Shown in pieces: positions 1 to 9,298 of a stretch of DNA of 64,000 nucleotides (positions within the stretch are counted from its first letter, which is position 1; each line of letters opens with the position of its first letter). This stretch comes from an uncultured Opitutales bacterium (lineage in GTDB: Bacteria; Verrucomicrobiota; Verrucomicrobiia; Opitutales; UBA9783): NCBI GenBank assembly GCA_934691225.1, contig CAKUSQ010000001.1, positions 536,880 through 600,879 on the forward strand. The letters run 5' to 3'. The translations under genes and the position numbers were made by a program. The notes under the pieces were generated by a model, which saw only the letters and a program-made list of their open reading frames with translations, made no database searches and was not told where the DNA came from.

Positions 1-214
1 GACAGCTAGGACTTCCTCCGCCCCAAAAAATAGTTTCGAAATGTCTGTGTGGCAGTTGTGTTTGCCAGTAAGCAATTTCTGCCTCTAGTTTTTTGAAATA
101 AATAGCGAGGCGTTCGGGTGTTGGAGTCATTTTTAAAAAATGACAATAAGCACAAGCGTTGGAGCAAAAAGGTATGTGAACGTAAAGACCTAAAGATAAA
201 GCTTGTAAGTTCAT
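1..214 (-). CDS. Radical-SAM HemW/HemN-like protein (oxygen-independent coproporphyrinogen-III oxidase family), 5' part only; continues off the left edge
   Basis: Absent from the ORF track because there is no stop in the window. My minus-strand translation from ATG at 214 reads MNLQALSLGLYVHIPFCSNACAYCHFLKMTPTPERLAIYFKKLEAEIAYWQ...ETIFWGGGSPSC. It has the CxxxCxxC radical-SAM motif in HIPFC context and a downstream GGG(S/T)PS motif typical of HemN/HemW. Confidence 0.7.
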   Translation of the reverse strand, partial: MNLQALSLGLYVHIPFCSNACAYCHFLKMTPTPERLAIYFKKLEAEIAYWQTQLPHRHFETIFWGGGSPSC

Positions 215-238
215 AAGATTTGATAAATGATATAACGC

Positions 239-1213
239 ATGAAAGTAAAATCGCCAATGTTAAAAAAATTTTTTTCACAAGGAGGCAAATGGCTATTGTT
301 GTTAAGTTTAGCTGGTTGTGCTCAAACTTTGACCAATGTAACGCTAGGCGTGGTTCAACGAAACCCATCCAACATGTATCGTTTTACAACACAGTGTAAT
401 GTTCTTGAAAATAAGGTGATTCCTGGATCTTTTAAGTTAGATTTGGTGATAGATGGAAAAGAGTATCCGTTGCAGCCAGAAGCGTTGACACCTACCTTTT
501 TTTATTATGATCATATTTTGGGGGTAGATCGCTCAGAAGCTAAGTATTACTTTGTATTAAATTATCAAAAGAATCATCGTGGGCGATTGAAAAATTGCGT
601 AGCTAAGACACCTTTAGCAAATTTCAAAATACAGGAATGTTGTTGTTTTAGTTTAGATTGTGAACGTGCGCCTGTCGGAGCCGATGTAAAAATTTTGGGA
701 CGTGGATTTATGAACGGGGATCGTATTTTTGTTGGCGAATACGGTGCTATAACTGCATGTGAGTCAGAAAATGTTCTGTCGTTCGAAGTTCCGCAAGTTA
801 TGTGCAATAAATCGTACCCAGTGTATTGTTTACATAATAATGAAAAAGTGTTTGTTGGGAATATATGGGTTGATAACAATCGTTTTACAGTAGAACCAAC
901 CAGTATTGATTTGATGCAAGGGGATCAAGTGAACTTTACGGTAAGTTTATCTTCGCCTTTAAATTATGATTTGAACGTAAATATTACTACCGATATTCCT
1001 AACAGTGTCATTATGCCTGAAATGAAGATCGAAGCGGGTGAGAGTTCAGCTACAGTAACTATTGAAGGTGGTGAAGGTGGCAAAGGGCATTTGTTTGTGT
1101 CGGCGCAAGGGTTTGAAGAACAAGAGGTGCCTATAGAAGTTGAAGGTGATGATCAGGAAGAAGATGATGATGAACCAGAGAAAGCGGTTGATGATAGTAA
1201 TGCTGAGGAATAA
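239..1213 (+). CDS. Predicted lipoprotein with beta-rich (possibly Ig/IPT-like) domains and a poly-acidic C-terminal tail; function unknown
   Basis: 324-aa ORF. The N-terminus KWLLLLSLAGCAQ is a signal peptide plus lipobox (L-A-G-C). The C-terminus is EGDDQEEDDDEPEKAVDDSNAEE. A hairpin terminator follows directly. The domain guess is by eye only. Confidence 0.6.
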   Translation: MKVKSPMLKKFFSQGGKWLLLLSLAGCAQTLTNVTLGVVQRNPSNMYRFTTQCNVLENKVIPGSFKLDLVIDGKEYPLQPEALTPTFFYYDHILGVDRSEAKYYFVLNYQKNHRGRLKNCVAKTPLANFKIQECCCFSLDCERAPVGADVKILGRGFMNGDRIFVGEYGAITACESENVLSFEVPQVMCNKSYPVYCLHNNEKVFVGNIWVDNNRFTVEPTSIDLMQGDQVNFTVSLSSPLNYDLNVNITTDIPNSVIMPEMKIEAGESSATVTIEGGEGGKGHLFVSAQGFEEQEVPIEVEGDDQEEDDDEPEKAVDDSNAEE

Positions 1214-1222
1214 ATAACGTTG

Positions 1223-1241
1223 GCCTCCTTATAAAGGAGGC
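1223..1241. terminator. Bidirectional hairpin terminator between convergent genes
   Basis: GCCTCCTT-ata-AAGGAGGC is a perfect 8-bp stem. It is flanked by a T-run (ttttat) on the + side and A-rich sequence on the other, and sits exactly between the stops of 239..1213 (+) and glgA (-). Confidence 0.55.
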
Positions 1242-1243
1242 TT

Positions 1244-2677
1244 TTATATTTGTTGACGTTGTTGTATTGTCCAATGATAAACTTCTTCATATTTTCGTGC
1301 TGATTTGTTCCAACTAAAGTCTTTAGCCATAGCGGTTCGTTGCATATTTATGAAGACTTCGGGTTTATTGTAATAGACGGAACATGCCCATCCAATCGTA
1401 TTGTAGATTGCGTCTGGGCATAAATCTGAAAATATGAAGCCACATCCTTGTCCTGTTGTTTCATCCAAAGAATCTACGGTATCAACTAATCCTCCTGTGG
1501 CTCTTACGATAGGTAGTGTTCCATAGCGCATGGAATATATTTGATTTAAGCCACATGGTTCAAATCGGCTTGGCATCAAAAATAGATCGCAACCAGCTTC
1601 AACTTGATGTGCAAGTGTTCCGTTATATCCTATGAAGGTACGTACTTGGTTTGGAAATTGCTGTTCCAATGCTCTGCATCGAGCTTCCCAATTAGGGTCT
1701 CCACTGCCGATAATAACGATTTGAATTTGCATATTTTTGAGTAAGTATGGAGCAACATCGAGAAAAACGTCCAAGCCTTTTTGTGGATACAGTCGGCTTA
1801 TAATTCCTAGGATAGGTCCTGTGTTATCTGGGAGATTGAGTTGTGTTCGTAAGTTTTTTTTACATAAAAATTTAGGTTTTAGATTTTTTAATGAATAGTG
1901 TTCGGTAAGGAATGGATCTGTTTCAGGATCCCAAATGTTTTCGTCAATACCATTTAAAATGCCAATCAAGTCGCCTGCTTTGAATTTTAAAACGTGCTGA
2001 AGCCCACAACCCAAGGTTGATGTTTGGATTTCTTTAGCATAGGTTGGACTTACGGTCGTAATTTTTGTTGCATGATACAAAGCACCTTTCATGAAGTTAA
2101 TACAACCTAGAGACTCTACGCTATCTGAACGAAATTCTGAGAAGGGTATGCCAGCGTAGGCCAATAAATCCGGTTGAAAGATACCTTGATGTTCTAAATT
2201 GTGAATGGTAAAAACCGTGGCTGCTTTGTTTAAATTGTATTCGAAAGCATTTGTGTTAAGATAGATGGGAATTAATCCTGTGGTCCAATCATGGCAATGA
2301 ATGATATCAGGTATCCATTGTTGATTTACACACATGTCTAGAGCAGCTCGACAAAAGAAAGCAAATCGTTCACCATTATTAGGACCATCAATGTAAATCC
2401 TTGAGTCGCTGAAATATTGCTGATATTCAATGAAATAATAAATTAAACCATCCTGTGATTGTTCCCATAAACGGCAAATTCTATTATGGCCTCCTAATCG
2501 AACAACAACGTTGTCGTAGCGTTTACCTTGGGGGTGTATTGATCCGTAAAGTGGGAGGCAGATGCGAACGTCATGTCCATAACTTGCAAGTTTTTTAGGT
2601 AAGGCACCAACCACATCTCCTAAACCTCCTACCTTGGCAAAAGGGTAACATTCAGGACTAACCATTAAGATTTTCAT
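1244..2677 (-). CDS. glgA: Glycogen (starch) synthase, GT5 family
   Basis: The N-terminal KVGGLGDVVGALP (K-x-G-G-L motif) and overall length are typical of bacterial GlgA. The ORF-track start at 2713 is a TTG. The ATG at 2677 (MKILMVSPECYPFAKVGGLGDV) fits the family N-terminus better. Confidence 0.9.
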   Translation of the reverse strand: MKILMVSPECYPFAKVGGLGDVVGALPKKLASYGHDVRICLPLYGSIHPQGKRYDNVVVRLGGHNRICRLWEQSQDGLIYYFIEYQQYFSDSRIYIDGPNNGERFAFFCRAALDMCVNQQWIPDIIHCHDWTTGLIPIYLNTNAFEYNLNKAATVFTIHNLEHQGIFQPDLLAYAGIPFSEFRSDSVESLGCINFMKGALYHATKITTVSPTYAKEIQTSTLGCGLQHVLKFKAGDLIGILNGIDENIWDPETDPFLTEHYSLKNLKPKFLCKKNLRTQLNLPDNTGPILGIISRLYPQKGLDVFLDVAPYLLKNMQIQIVIIGSGDPNWEARCRALEQQFPNQVRTFIGYNGTLAHQVEAGCDLFLMPSRFEPCGLNQIYSMRYGTLPIVRATGGLVDTVDSLDETTGQGCGFIFSDLCPDAIYNTIGWACSVYYNKPEVFINMQRTAMAKDFSWNKSARKYEEVYHWTIQQRQQI

Positions 2678-2715
2678 CTTACTTATGATAGCATTTATTG
2701 AACTTGAAGGCAATG

Positions 2716-5052
2716 TTAATGCGTGTTTGAAATAATTTTATTGATTTGTTTTAATAATTGATCAGGTTGAAATGGTTTAGGTAAAATTTCATTCATGCCG
2801 ACAGAAATCGCTTGATCATAGGTTTGTTTTAGTGCATTAGCTGTCAATCCTAGAATAGGAATAGCCGCTTTTTCAAGTCCACATATTCCAGAACGAATGC
2901 GTTGTGTAGTTTCAAACCCATCCATTTGCGGCATATTAATATCCATAATAATAAGGCAGGTTGTGTTTTTTTCTAACCAATCTAAGCATTGAATTCCATT
3001 GCTTACCGTAACGATTTCGTAACCATTTTTTTCTAGAATTTTTTGAGCTACTTGCTGATTATCTATATTGTCCTCGACAAGCAATAGACAAGGTTTTGGT
3101 TGTTCAGGTTGAATATTTTTGTAGGCAAAAGTGGTTGAAAGTTCGTTACTTTCTCTGTTATTTTCTGGATGTCCACATTTTAAAAATACACTGAAGAAAA
3201 ATATAGAACCTTGTTCAAGTTTACTATGCACTTTGAGCGTTCCATTCATGAGTTGAACAAGAGATTGCGTGATAGGTAGACCGAGACCTGTACCTCCTTG
3301 ATTCTGATAAGAAACTTGTTCAAATGCTTCAAAAATTCTATGTATGTCATTTTGAGAGATACCTGTACCTTGGTCTTTGACAGAAATAAATAGTTGGTAG
3401 TTATCTTGTTCTAATTTGCGACCCGTTGCGCGAATGAAAATAGATCCGCTTGAAGTAAATTTAATGGCGTTACTGATTAAATTAATTAAAATTTGTCGCA
3501 ATCGTTTTACATCTCCTACCAACCAATGCTCAATATGGGGATGAATCCATATAGATAAGTTTAGATTTTTTTTAACAAGTGTGGGCTGGAAAATATCACA
3601 AACTTCCTTAATACAGGTATCAAGATGAAAGTTAATAGGTTCTAAGGTTAATTTTTTAGCTTCGATTTTAGATAAATCCAGAATTTGATTGATTAGATCC
3701 AGCAATAGTTGCGTACTGGAATTGATTGTTTTGACGTAATCTTTTTGTTCTGCATTTAAAGGAGTGTCTTGAAGCAAATACGTGAATCCTAGAATGCCAT
3801 TGATAGGCGTTCGAATTTCATGACTCATAGTAGCTAGAAATGCGGATTTTGCTTGCATCGATTGGAGAGCTTCATCACGTGCTTTTGCTAACTTTTCAGC
3901 ATAATTAGCCAACTTTTTTTCGCTTTTTTTACGTTCACTAATATCAACAAGGCAAGATATGTAGCCTTCAAAATGACCATCAGATAAAATTTGAGGAACA
4001 CATTGGCATAACATCCAGTGTTCTTTTCCTAAATTATCTTTTAGGCGGCATTCGAAGTGAATAGACTTACGTTCTTTTTGTGCTTCCAAGAAAATAGCTT
4101 GGTAGCGTTGTGCGGTACCATTCGTCATATAACTCAACCAGGACCAATCGTGATAGGTGAAATAATTTTGTCCTGTGAATTTGCACCATTGCTTATTAAA
4201 ATAAAAATTTGTATTATCCTCATTTGTTGTCCAAAGAAGAAATGGGGCGATGTCGATAACTTTATGGAAAAGGTTTTCTGTTTTTTCTTGTGAGCGAATC
4301 ATTTCGTTGAGCGTTTTAGCTAATTCACCAATTTCATCGTTATGCAAAATAGGAGCCATCGCATACAAATTCCCTAGACGTCGTTTATTGATTTGTCGTT
4401 TTATAGCCATCAGAGGCCTTATAATCCAACGGTTTATTTGCCAAAGACAAATCATAGCTAGAGAAAGTAAAATGCACAAAGAAATGGATACCATAGCTAA
4501 GTTTTGGCGCATGAATTCTTTATGCCAATAATACGTATCCAATTGAATAACAACGTAAGCGGGTACGTATTTCATGCTATTGTTTACGTATTGCAGTAGA
4601 TAAAAACCCATGGCGTAACTAAATACGTGACGTTTGGGTAAAAAATCATAAGCTTCTTGTTCTTGTGGGAAATTTGGAAGACGAACCCCTCGAGGTAATG
4701 GGTACGTTTTCCATTTTTTGCCAACAAGTGTGCTTCGATTGCACGCTAAAACGGTCAATGGGTCATCCCATAGAATGGCGATTGTTCGTATGTGAGCTTC
4801 GCTGCTGAACACGGATACCAGACGTTGTAGTTCGTAAGGATAATGTACGATTTGTGCGCATACACCAATAGAGTGACTTTGTTGTTGGCATCTTACTAAG
4901 GCGTGACCTTTTAAATGTTTTGTGTAAGCGTGTCGCGAATAACGAATAATAATGTATGTACAAACGATTAAAAAAATCAGCAAAGGAATAAGCATTTTTG
5001 TTTGTAATGTGCCTATTTTGAATCGCTGGATTAATTTTAATTTTATACGCAT
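2716..5052 (-). CDS. Hybrid sensor histidine kinase (TM - periplasmic domain - TM - HAMP - PAS-like - HisKA - HATPase - receiver)
   Basis: It has an H-box (FLATMSHEIRTPINGILG) and ATPase boxes (DQGTGI, GGTGLGL). It also has a HAMP-like segment (NDEIGELAKTLNEMI) and a C-terminal receiver (LLLVEDN...IIMDINMPQMDG...LPKP). No Hpt domain or response regulator is adjacent. Confidence 0.9.
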   Translation of the reverse strand: MRIKLKLIQRFKIGTLQTKMLIPLLIFLIVCTYIIIRYSRHAYTKHLKGHALVRCQQQSHSIGVCAQIVHYPYELQRLVSVFSSEAHIRTIAILWDDPLTVLACNRSTLVGKKWKTYPLPRGVRLPNFPQEQEAYDFLPKRHVFSYAMGFYLLQYVNNSMKYVPAYVVIQLDTYYWHKEFMRQNLAMVSISLCILLSLAMICLWQINRWIIRPLMAIKRQINKRRLGNLYAMAPILHNDEIGELAKTLNEMIRSQEKTENLFHKVIDIAPFLLWTTNEDNTNFYFNKQWCKFTGQNYFTYHDWSWLSYMTNGTAQRYQAIFLEAQKERKSIHFECRLKDNLGKEHWMLCQCVPQILSDGHFEGYISCLVDISERKKSEKKLANYAEKLAKARDEALQSMQAKSAFLATMSHEIRTPINGILGFTYLLQDTPLNAEQKDYVKTINSSTQLLLDLINQILDLSKIEAKKLTLEPINFHLDTCIKEVCDIFQPTLVKKNLNLSIWIHPHIEHWLVGDVKRLRQILINLISNAIKFTSSGSIFIRATGRKLEQDNYQLFISVKDQGTGISQNDIHRIFEAFEQVSYQNQGGTGLGLPITQSLVQLMNGTLKVHSKLEQGSIFFFSVFLKCGHPENNRESNELSTTFAYKNIQPEQPKPCLLLVEDNIDNQQVAQKILEKNGYEIVTVSNGIQCLDWLEKNTTCLIIMDINMPQMDGFETTQRIRSGICGLEKAAIPILGLTANALKQTYDQAISVGMNEILPKPFQPDQLLKQINKIISNTH

Positions 5053-5053
5053 T

Positions 5054-6055
5054 TTAATGTTTCAAAGTTTTTTGTATAAAAGACGCATCAAAAATAGAAT
5101 CCAATGTATCTGAATTGCTTAAAGTTTGCAGATTGGTATTAGTCAGCATTTCTGTATTAATATTGGATAAAATATCTAAAATATAACGATTTAGACAAAA
5201 TAAGGGTAATTGTTCCTCAATGCGTAGGGGATGCACGGATTTTAAAAGAGAACTGGCTTCTTCTTTTGAAATGTAATGATGCGTTCCAAGCCACTGATAA
5301 CAACGTTCTGGATTGCGATCACAAAAATCTAATAATTCATCCCAATAGCTTACAAATTGGTACAATCGTTCATTATAATAATTGATAGCCTTTTCTCCCA
5401 TGAGTAAAACATTAAGTTGCATTTCTTTAGGCCATTGAGCGGTTGAAAAAATAGAATGTGTATCAGAAGGTAGTGTGTTTATAAATGGGCGATAAACGAT
5501 GACTCCATCGATACGATCATGTGTAAGAAATGTTGAAGCCGCTGTTGGATCTATAGGAATTACGGTTATATCTTTTAGAGATAAATCAATTGATTTAAGT
5601 ATTTTGCATAAAATATACCCACCGTAAGAATTAATTTCAACACCTATACGTTTTCCCTTGAGATCTTGCAGTTTTTTAATGTTGGGCTTTACCATTAAAT
5701 GACAAGCGTTATTTTTTCGAGGATAAGATGGGATGAGAATGACTTTAGGGTTGTGCAGATTATTTTTTTGTCGAATAACCATGGCATCGACTAATGTGCA
5801 CATCATGCCATCGATTTGGTGCCATTCAAATGCTTGCTGAATGTCTTCTAAAGAACCGAATTCAACAATTTTTACGTGAATTCCACAACGTTTAAAAAAG
5901 TTTTCTTTTCGAGCAATTTGAAGGTATTCTGCCCCTGTGTAGGAATTAACTCCGATGCGCAAGGTGGGTCGATATTGCGTGTATTCGTTAACAAAGCGCA
6001 CAATGCATCCAATTACGGCTAATCCTGCAAGTATAATTAAAAGTTTACGCCTCAC
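5054..6055 (-). CDS. Membrane-anchored periplasmic solute-binding protein, NMT1/THI5-like (NitT/TauT-type) fold; probable co-sensor of the adjacent kinase
   Basis: It has an N-terminal TM segment (LLIILAGLAVIGCIV) followed by LRIGVNSYTGAEYLQIARKENFFKRCGIHVKIVEFGSLEDIQQAF, typical of this SBP class. Its stop is 1 nt from the kinase start, and no ABC permease or ATPase is nearby. Confidence 0.65.
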   Translation of the reverse strand: MRRKLLIILAGLAVIGCIVRFVNEYTQYRPTLRIGVNSYTGAEYLQIARKENFFKRCGIHVKIVEFGSLEDIQQAFEWHQIDGMMCTLVDAMVIRQKNNLHNPKVILIPSYPRKNNACHLMVKPNIKKLQDLKGKRIGVEINSYGGYILCKILKSIDLSLKDITVIPIDPTAASTFLTHDRIDGVIVYRPFINTLPSDTHSIFSTAQWPKEMQLNVLLMGEKAINYYNERLYQFVSYWDELLDFCDRNPERCYQWLGTHHYISKEEASSLLKSVHPLRIEEQLPLFCLNRYILDILSNINTEMLTNTNLQTLSNSDTLDSIFDASFIQKTLKH

Positions 6056-6102
6056 GTTTTCAAATTAAGGCGAAATTTATGGGGTTGCAAGAAAAATGAT
6101 AA

Positions 6103-7392
6103 TTAAAGAATTGTATTATCGGGAATAACTCCGTTTTTTTCGATGCATAGAATGCCATCTTTGACAGAAATAGGTCCTTGTGTAAATCCATCAGGTTTGC
6201 CCTCAGGAGATAGGCGAACGTTGTTGCCAATGCGGACATTTCGGTCAATGATAGCGTTACGGATATAACAATTTTTCCCAATGCCGACGTTAGGTAAATT
6301 ATTAGCAGCATTTTCATTCATGCGCTCTAAATTTTCATAGTGATCCGCTCCCATCATATAAACATTTTCCAATTGTGAACCTCCACGAATGATAGATCGA
6401 ATACCGATAATGCAACGATTGAGTTGTGCACGTGTGAGGATACATCCTTCGGCAACGATAGAATGTTCAACGGTACAGCTGTTTAATTTGGAAGCAGCTA
6501 AGTTTCTAGGATTAGAATAAATAGGAGCAGCTTCATTATAAAAATCAAAAGCGGGTAAAGCATCTGTAAGCATTAAATTGGCTTCAAAAAACGAAGCTAT
6601 CGTTCCGATATCCTCCCAATAATCATCAAATAAATAACCAAATAGTTTGTGCCGTTGTAGCGCTTCAGGTATAATATCTTTACCAAAATCGTGGTGGTTT
6701 GAGTTTAAACAAGCTTTTAATATGCTAGCTTTAAAAGCATAAATTCCCATCGAGGCCATACAATAAGGTTGTGAACTTTTGTCTTTAATTTTGGCTCTTA
6801 AACGATCGCATAAATATAATGTTTTTAATAATTCTGGGTCGCTGGGTTTTTCAACAAAACGTTGAATGCGACAATCCTCTGCTACTTCCATGATACCAAA
6901 TTGATAAGCTTGAGTTGATGGCATCGCTTTAGCTGCAATGGTGATGTCGGCTTGTGTATCTAAATGTTGTTGAACGAAAGCATTTAGGTCCATACGATAG
7001 AGTTGATCACCGGATAATATAACCACTGTTTGGTCATCTCGTAGAGGGATATGCGTAAGATTCTGACGAACTGCGTCAGCAGTTCCACGATACCAATCAT
7101 TATTTATTTGTGTTTGTTCCGCTGATAAAATTTCTACAAATCCATTTGAAAAATAGTCGAATCGATAACTTTCTTGAATGTGACGATGTAAGGATTCTGT
7201 ATTGAATTGCGTTAGCAAATAAATTTGATTGTAACCAGAGTTGAGGCAATTGCTTATAGGAATATCCACAAGGCGATATTTCCCTCCTAAAGGTACAGCA
7301 GGTTTACAGCGAACATTGGTTAAAGGAGCTAAACGTGTTCCGCGACCTCCGCCCATAATAATACAGCAAACTTTTGATTTTGAACGACTCAT
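6103..7392 (-). CDS. glgC: Glucose-1-phosphate adenylyltransferase (ADP-glucose pyrophosphorylase)
   Basis: The N-terminus GGGRGTRLAPLTNVRCKPAVPLGGKYRLVDIPISNCLNSG is characteristic. The C-terminal region is a left-handed beta-helix-like segment (IRNAIIDRNVRIGNNVRL). Confidence 0.92.
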   Translation of the reverse strand: MSRSKSKVCCIIMGGGRGTRLAPLTNVRCKPAVPLGGKYRLVDIPISNCLNSGYNQIYLLTQFNTESLHRHIQESYRFDYFSNGFVEILSAEQTQINNDWYRGTADAVRQNLTHIPLRDDQTVVILSGDQLYRMDLNAFVQQHLDTQADITIAAKAMPSTQAYQFGIMEVAEDCRIQRFVEKPSDPELLKTLYLCDRLRAKIKDKSSQPYCMASMGIYAFKASILKACLNSNHHDFGKDIIPEALQRHKLFGYLFDDYWEDIGTIASFFEANLMLTDALPAFDFYNEAAPIYSNPRNLAASKLNSCTVEHSIVAEGCILTRAQLNRCIIGIRSIIRGGSQLENVYMMGADHYENLERMNENAANNLPNVGIGKNCYIRNAIIDRNVRIGNNVRLSPEGKPDGFTQGPISVKDGILCIEKNGVIPDNTIL

Positions 7393-7440
7393 GATTTTTT
7401 ACTTGCTACAGGGTTGTTTTATTTGCAAACTGGTTGCTTA

Positions 7441-9297
7441 ATGTGTGGTATTATTAGTTATATCGGAAAGTCAGATGCATTGCAAGTTTTAATCAAGGGG
7501 TTGAAATGTTTAGAATATCGCGGATACGATTCCGCAGGCATTGCTATTGGAGATAAAACTCACTCTTTTCAGTTGGTAAAGTCGGTAGGACGTGTGGAGC
7601 AATTAGCAAAAAAAATTTCTACAATGGCATTGGCTGGCTGTACCGGGATGGGGCATACCCGTTGGGCAACGCATGGTGGTGTTAATGAAAAAAATGCACA
7701 CCCACATATAAGTCAGGATGGTAAATTTATTATTGTTCACAATGGAGTAATAGAAAATAGCGTTGCACTTAAAAAGTTATTGCAAGAAAAGGGATTTGTT
7801 TTCTACAGCGATACGGATACAGAAGTTTTGGCTAACTTAATGGCGTTCCATTATGCAAAAATGACAGAATTGGAAAAGTCGCAACGGTTTATTGAAAGTG
7901 TTCGTACGAGTTTATTGGAAGTTCAAGGAACGTATGGAATTGCGGTTGTTTGTACCGATTGTCCAGATGAATTAATAGGGGCTCGTAAAAGTTCACCTCT
8001 TATCTTAGGAATCCACTCTGATGGTTTCTATTTAGCAAGCGATGTTAGCGCTTTTGCTGGACAAACCAAAGATGTTGTTTTTCTGTCCGATAATGAAATG
8101 GTTCATATTAAATCGGATGGTTATCAAGTGCAGGATTTAAACAATAGTATTTTAACACCTGTTATTGAAACGATTGACTGGGATGTTAATTTTTCTGATT
8201 TAGGGAGTTATGATCACTATATGCAAAAGGAGATTTTTGAGCAAGATATTGCGCTTGAAAATACACTTTTAGGGCGTTTTTCAAAAGATGGTAGCTCTGC
8301 ACATTTAGGTGGATTACAGATGACGCCACACGAATTAAGACAGGTAGATCGTATTTTGCTTCTAGGATGTGGGACGGCTTCGTATGCATGTAAAGTAGGA
8401 GAATATTTAATAGAAAAGTATGCTCGGATTCCAGTTGAGGTGGAATGTGCTTCTGAGTTTCGTTATCGAAATGCGCCGTTAGATAAAAATACCCTTGTAT
8501 TTGTTGTAAGTCAGTCAGGAGAAACTTTAGATACGTTAGGTGCTTTGCATGAAGCGCGTCGCAAAGGTTTTAAATCTTTAGCGATTACAAATGTAGTTGG
8601 TTCAACGGTTGCACGTGAATCTGATGGAGGTATTTATCAACGTTCTGGGCCTGAAATAGGGGTTGCGTCTACAAAAGCTTTTACGGGGCAAATATGTTTG
8701 TTAGCGATGTTAGCGCTTTATTTGGGGCGTATGCGCGATATGAGTTTCTCAGAAGGCTGTAATTTTGTTCAAGCTTTGCAATCTTTACCCCATTTAACAA
8801 AAGAGGTATTGAATCATTGTAACCAAGATATACAAGCAATTGCTCGTAAATACGCTTGTTATCAGAATTGTTTCTTCCTAGGACGTCAATCGTTGTATCC
8901 AGTTGCACTGGAAGGTGCTTTGAAGCTGAAAGAAATTTCATATGTGCATGCAGAAGCTTACCCTTCAGGTGAGTTAAAACATGGACCTATTGCACTTATC
9001 GATGAAACTATGCCGACAGTAGTTTTAGCTTCCGACAGTTCTATGATGCAAAAAAATATTAGCAGCATGATGGAAGTAAAAGCGCGTAGGGGCAAAGTTA
9101 TCGCTATAGGAGTTGAAGGCGAAGAAATTCCGCAAAAGGCGTATGATGATATTATTTATTTGCCAAAGGTGCACGATGCAATTTTGCCTATTATAACGGT
9201 TTTGCCTTTACAATTGTTTGCTTATTACATGGCTTTAGAAAGAAAGTGTGATGTTGATAAGCCTAGAAATTTGGCTAAATCTGTTACAGTTGAATGA
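7441..9297 (+). CDS. glmS: Glutamine--fructose-6-phosphate aminotransferase
   Basis: It begins MCGIISYIG (N-terminal Cys nucleophile), has two SIS domains, and ends in the conserved KPRNLAKSVTVE. The 9 codons upstream in the ORF track are rejected as the start. Confidence 0.95.
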   Translation: MCGIISYIGKSDALQVLIKGLKCLEYRGYDSAGIAIGDKTHSFQLVKSVGRVEQLAKKISTMALAGCTGMGHTRWATHGGVNEKNAHPHISQDGKFIIVHNGVIENSVALKKLLQEKGFVFYSDTDTEVLANLMAFHYAKMTELEKSQRFIESVRTSLLEVQGTYGIAVVCTDCPDELIGARKSSPLILGIHSDGFYLASDVSAFAGQTKDVVFLSDNEMVHIKSDGYQVQDLNNSILTPVIETIDWDVNFSDLGSYDHYMQKEIFEQDIALENTLLGRFSKDGSSAHLGGLQMTPHELRQVDRILLLGCGTASYACKVGEYLIEKYARIPVEVECASEFRYRNAPLDKNTLVFVVSQSGETLDTLGALHEARRKGFKSLAITNVVGSTVARESDGGIYQRSGPEIGVASTKAFTGQICLLAMLALYLGRMRDMSFSEGCNFVQALQSLPHLTKEVLNHCNQDIQAIARKYACYQNCFFLGRQSLYPVALEGALKLKEISYVHAEAYPSGELKHGPIALIDETMPTVVLASDSSMMQKNISSMMEVKARRGKVIAIGVEGEEIPQKAYDDIIYLPKVHDAILPIITVLPLQLFAYYMALERKCDVDKPRNLAKSVTVE

Positions 9298-9298
9298 T

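Noticed and set aside
6-368. 120-aa minus-strand ORF from the ORF track
   Set aside because: It overlaps the start of the well-supported lipoprotein gene (239..) and has no recognisable features. A different minus-strand frame over 1-214 encodes a clear radical-SAM HemW/HemN-like N-terminus (HIPFCSNACAYC ... GGGSPS), which I annotate instead.
574-879. Antisense ORF inside the lipoprotein gene
   Set aside because: It is a typical shadow ORF of an AT-rich genome. It has no motifs and lies entirely within a better-supported gene.
4057-4963. Three small ORFs (4057-4293, 4250-4531, 4763-4963) overlapping the hybrid kinase gene
   Set aside because: They are antisense or alternative-frame shadows within a 778-aa gene with unambiguous HisKA/HATPase/REC motifs.
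6060-6317. 85-aa minus-strand ORF overlapping the 3' end of glgC
   Set aside because: It is an alternative frame of glgC plus the spacer. It has no RBS or motifs, and glgC accounts for the coding signal.
7393-7440. Possible glmS ribozyme/riboswitch upstream of glmS
   Set aside because: Only about 48 nt separate divergent glgC and glmS. That is far too short for the glmS ribozyme of about 170 nt, and no conserved core was seen.
8186-8941. Antisense ORFs 8186-8389 and 8681-8941 within glmS
   Set aside because: Shadow ORFs inside a highly conserved gene.
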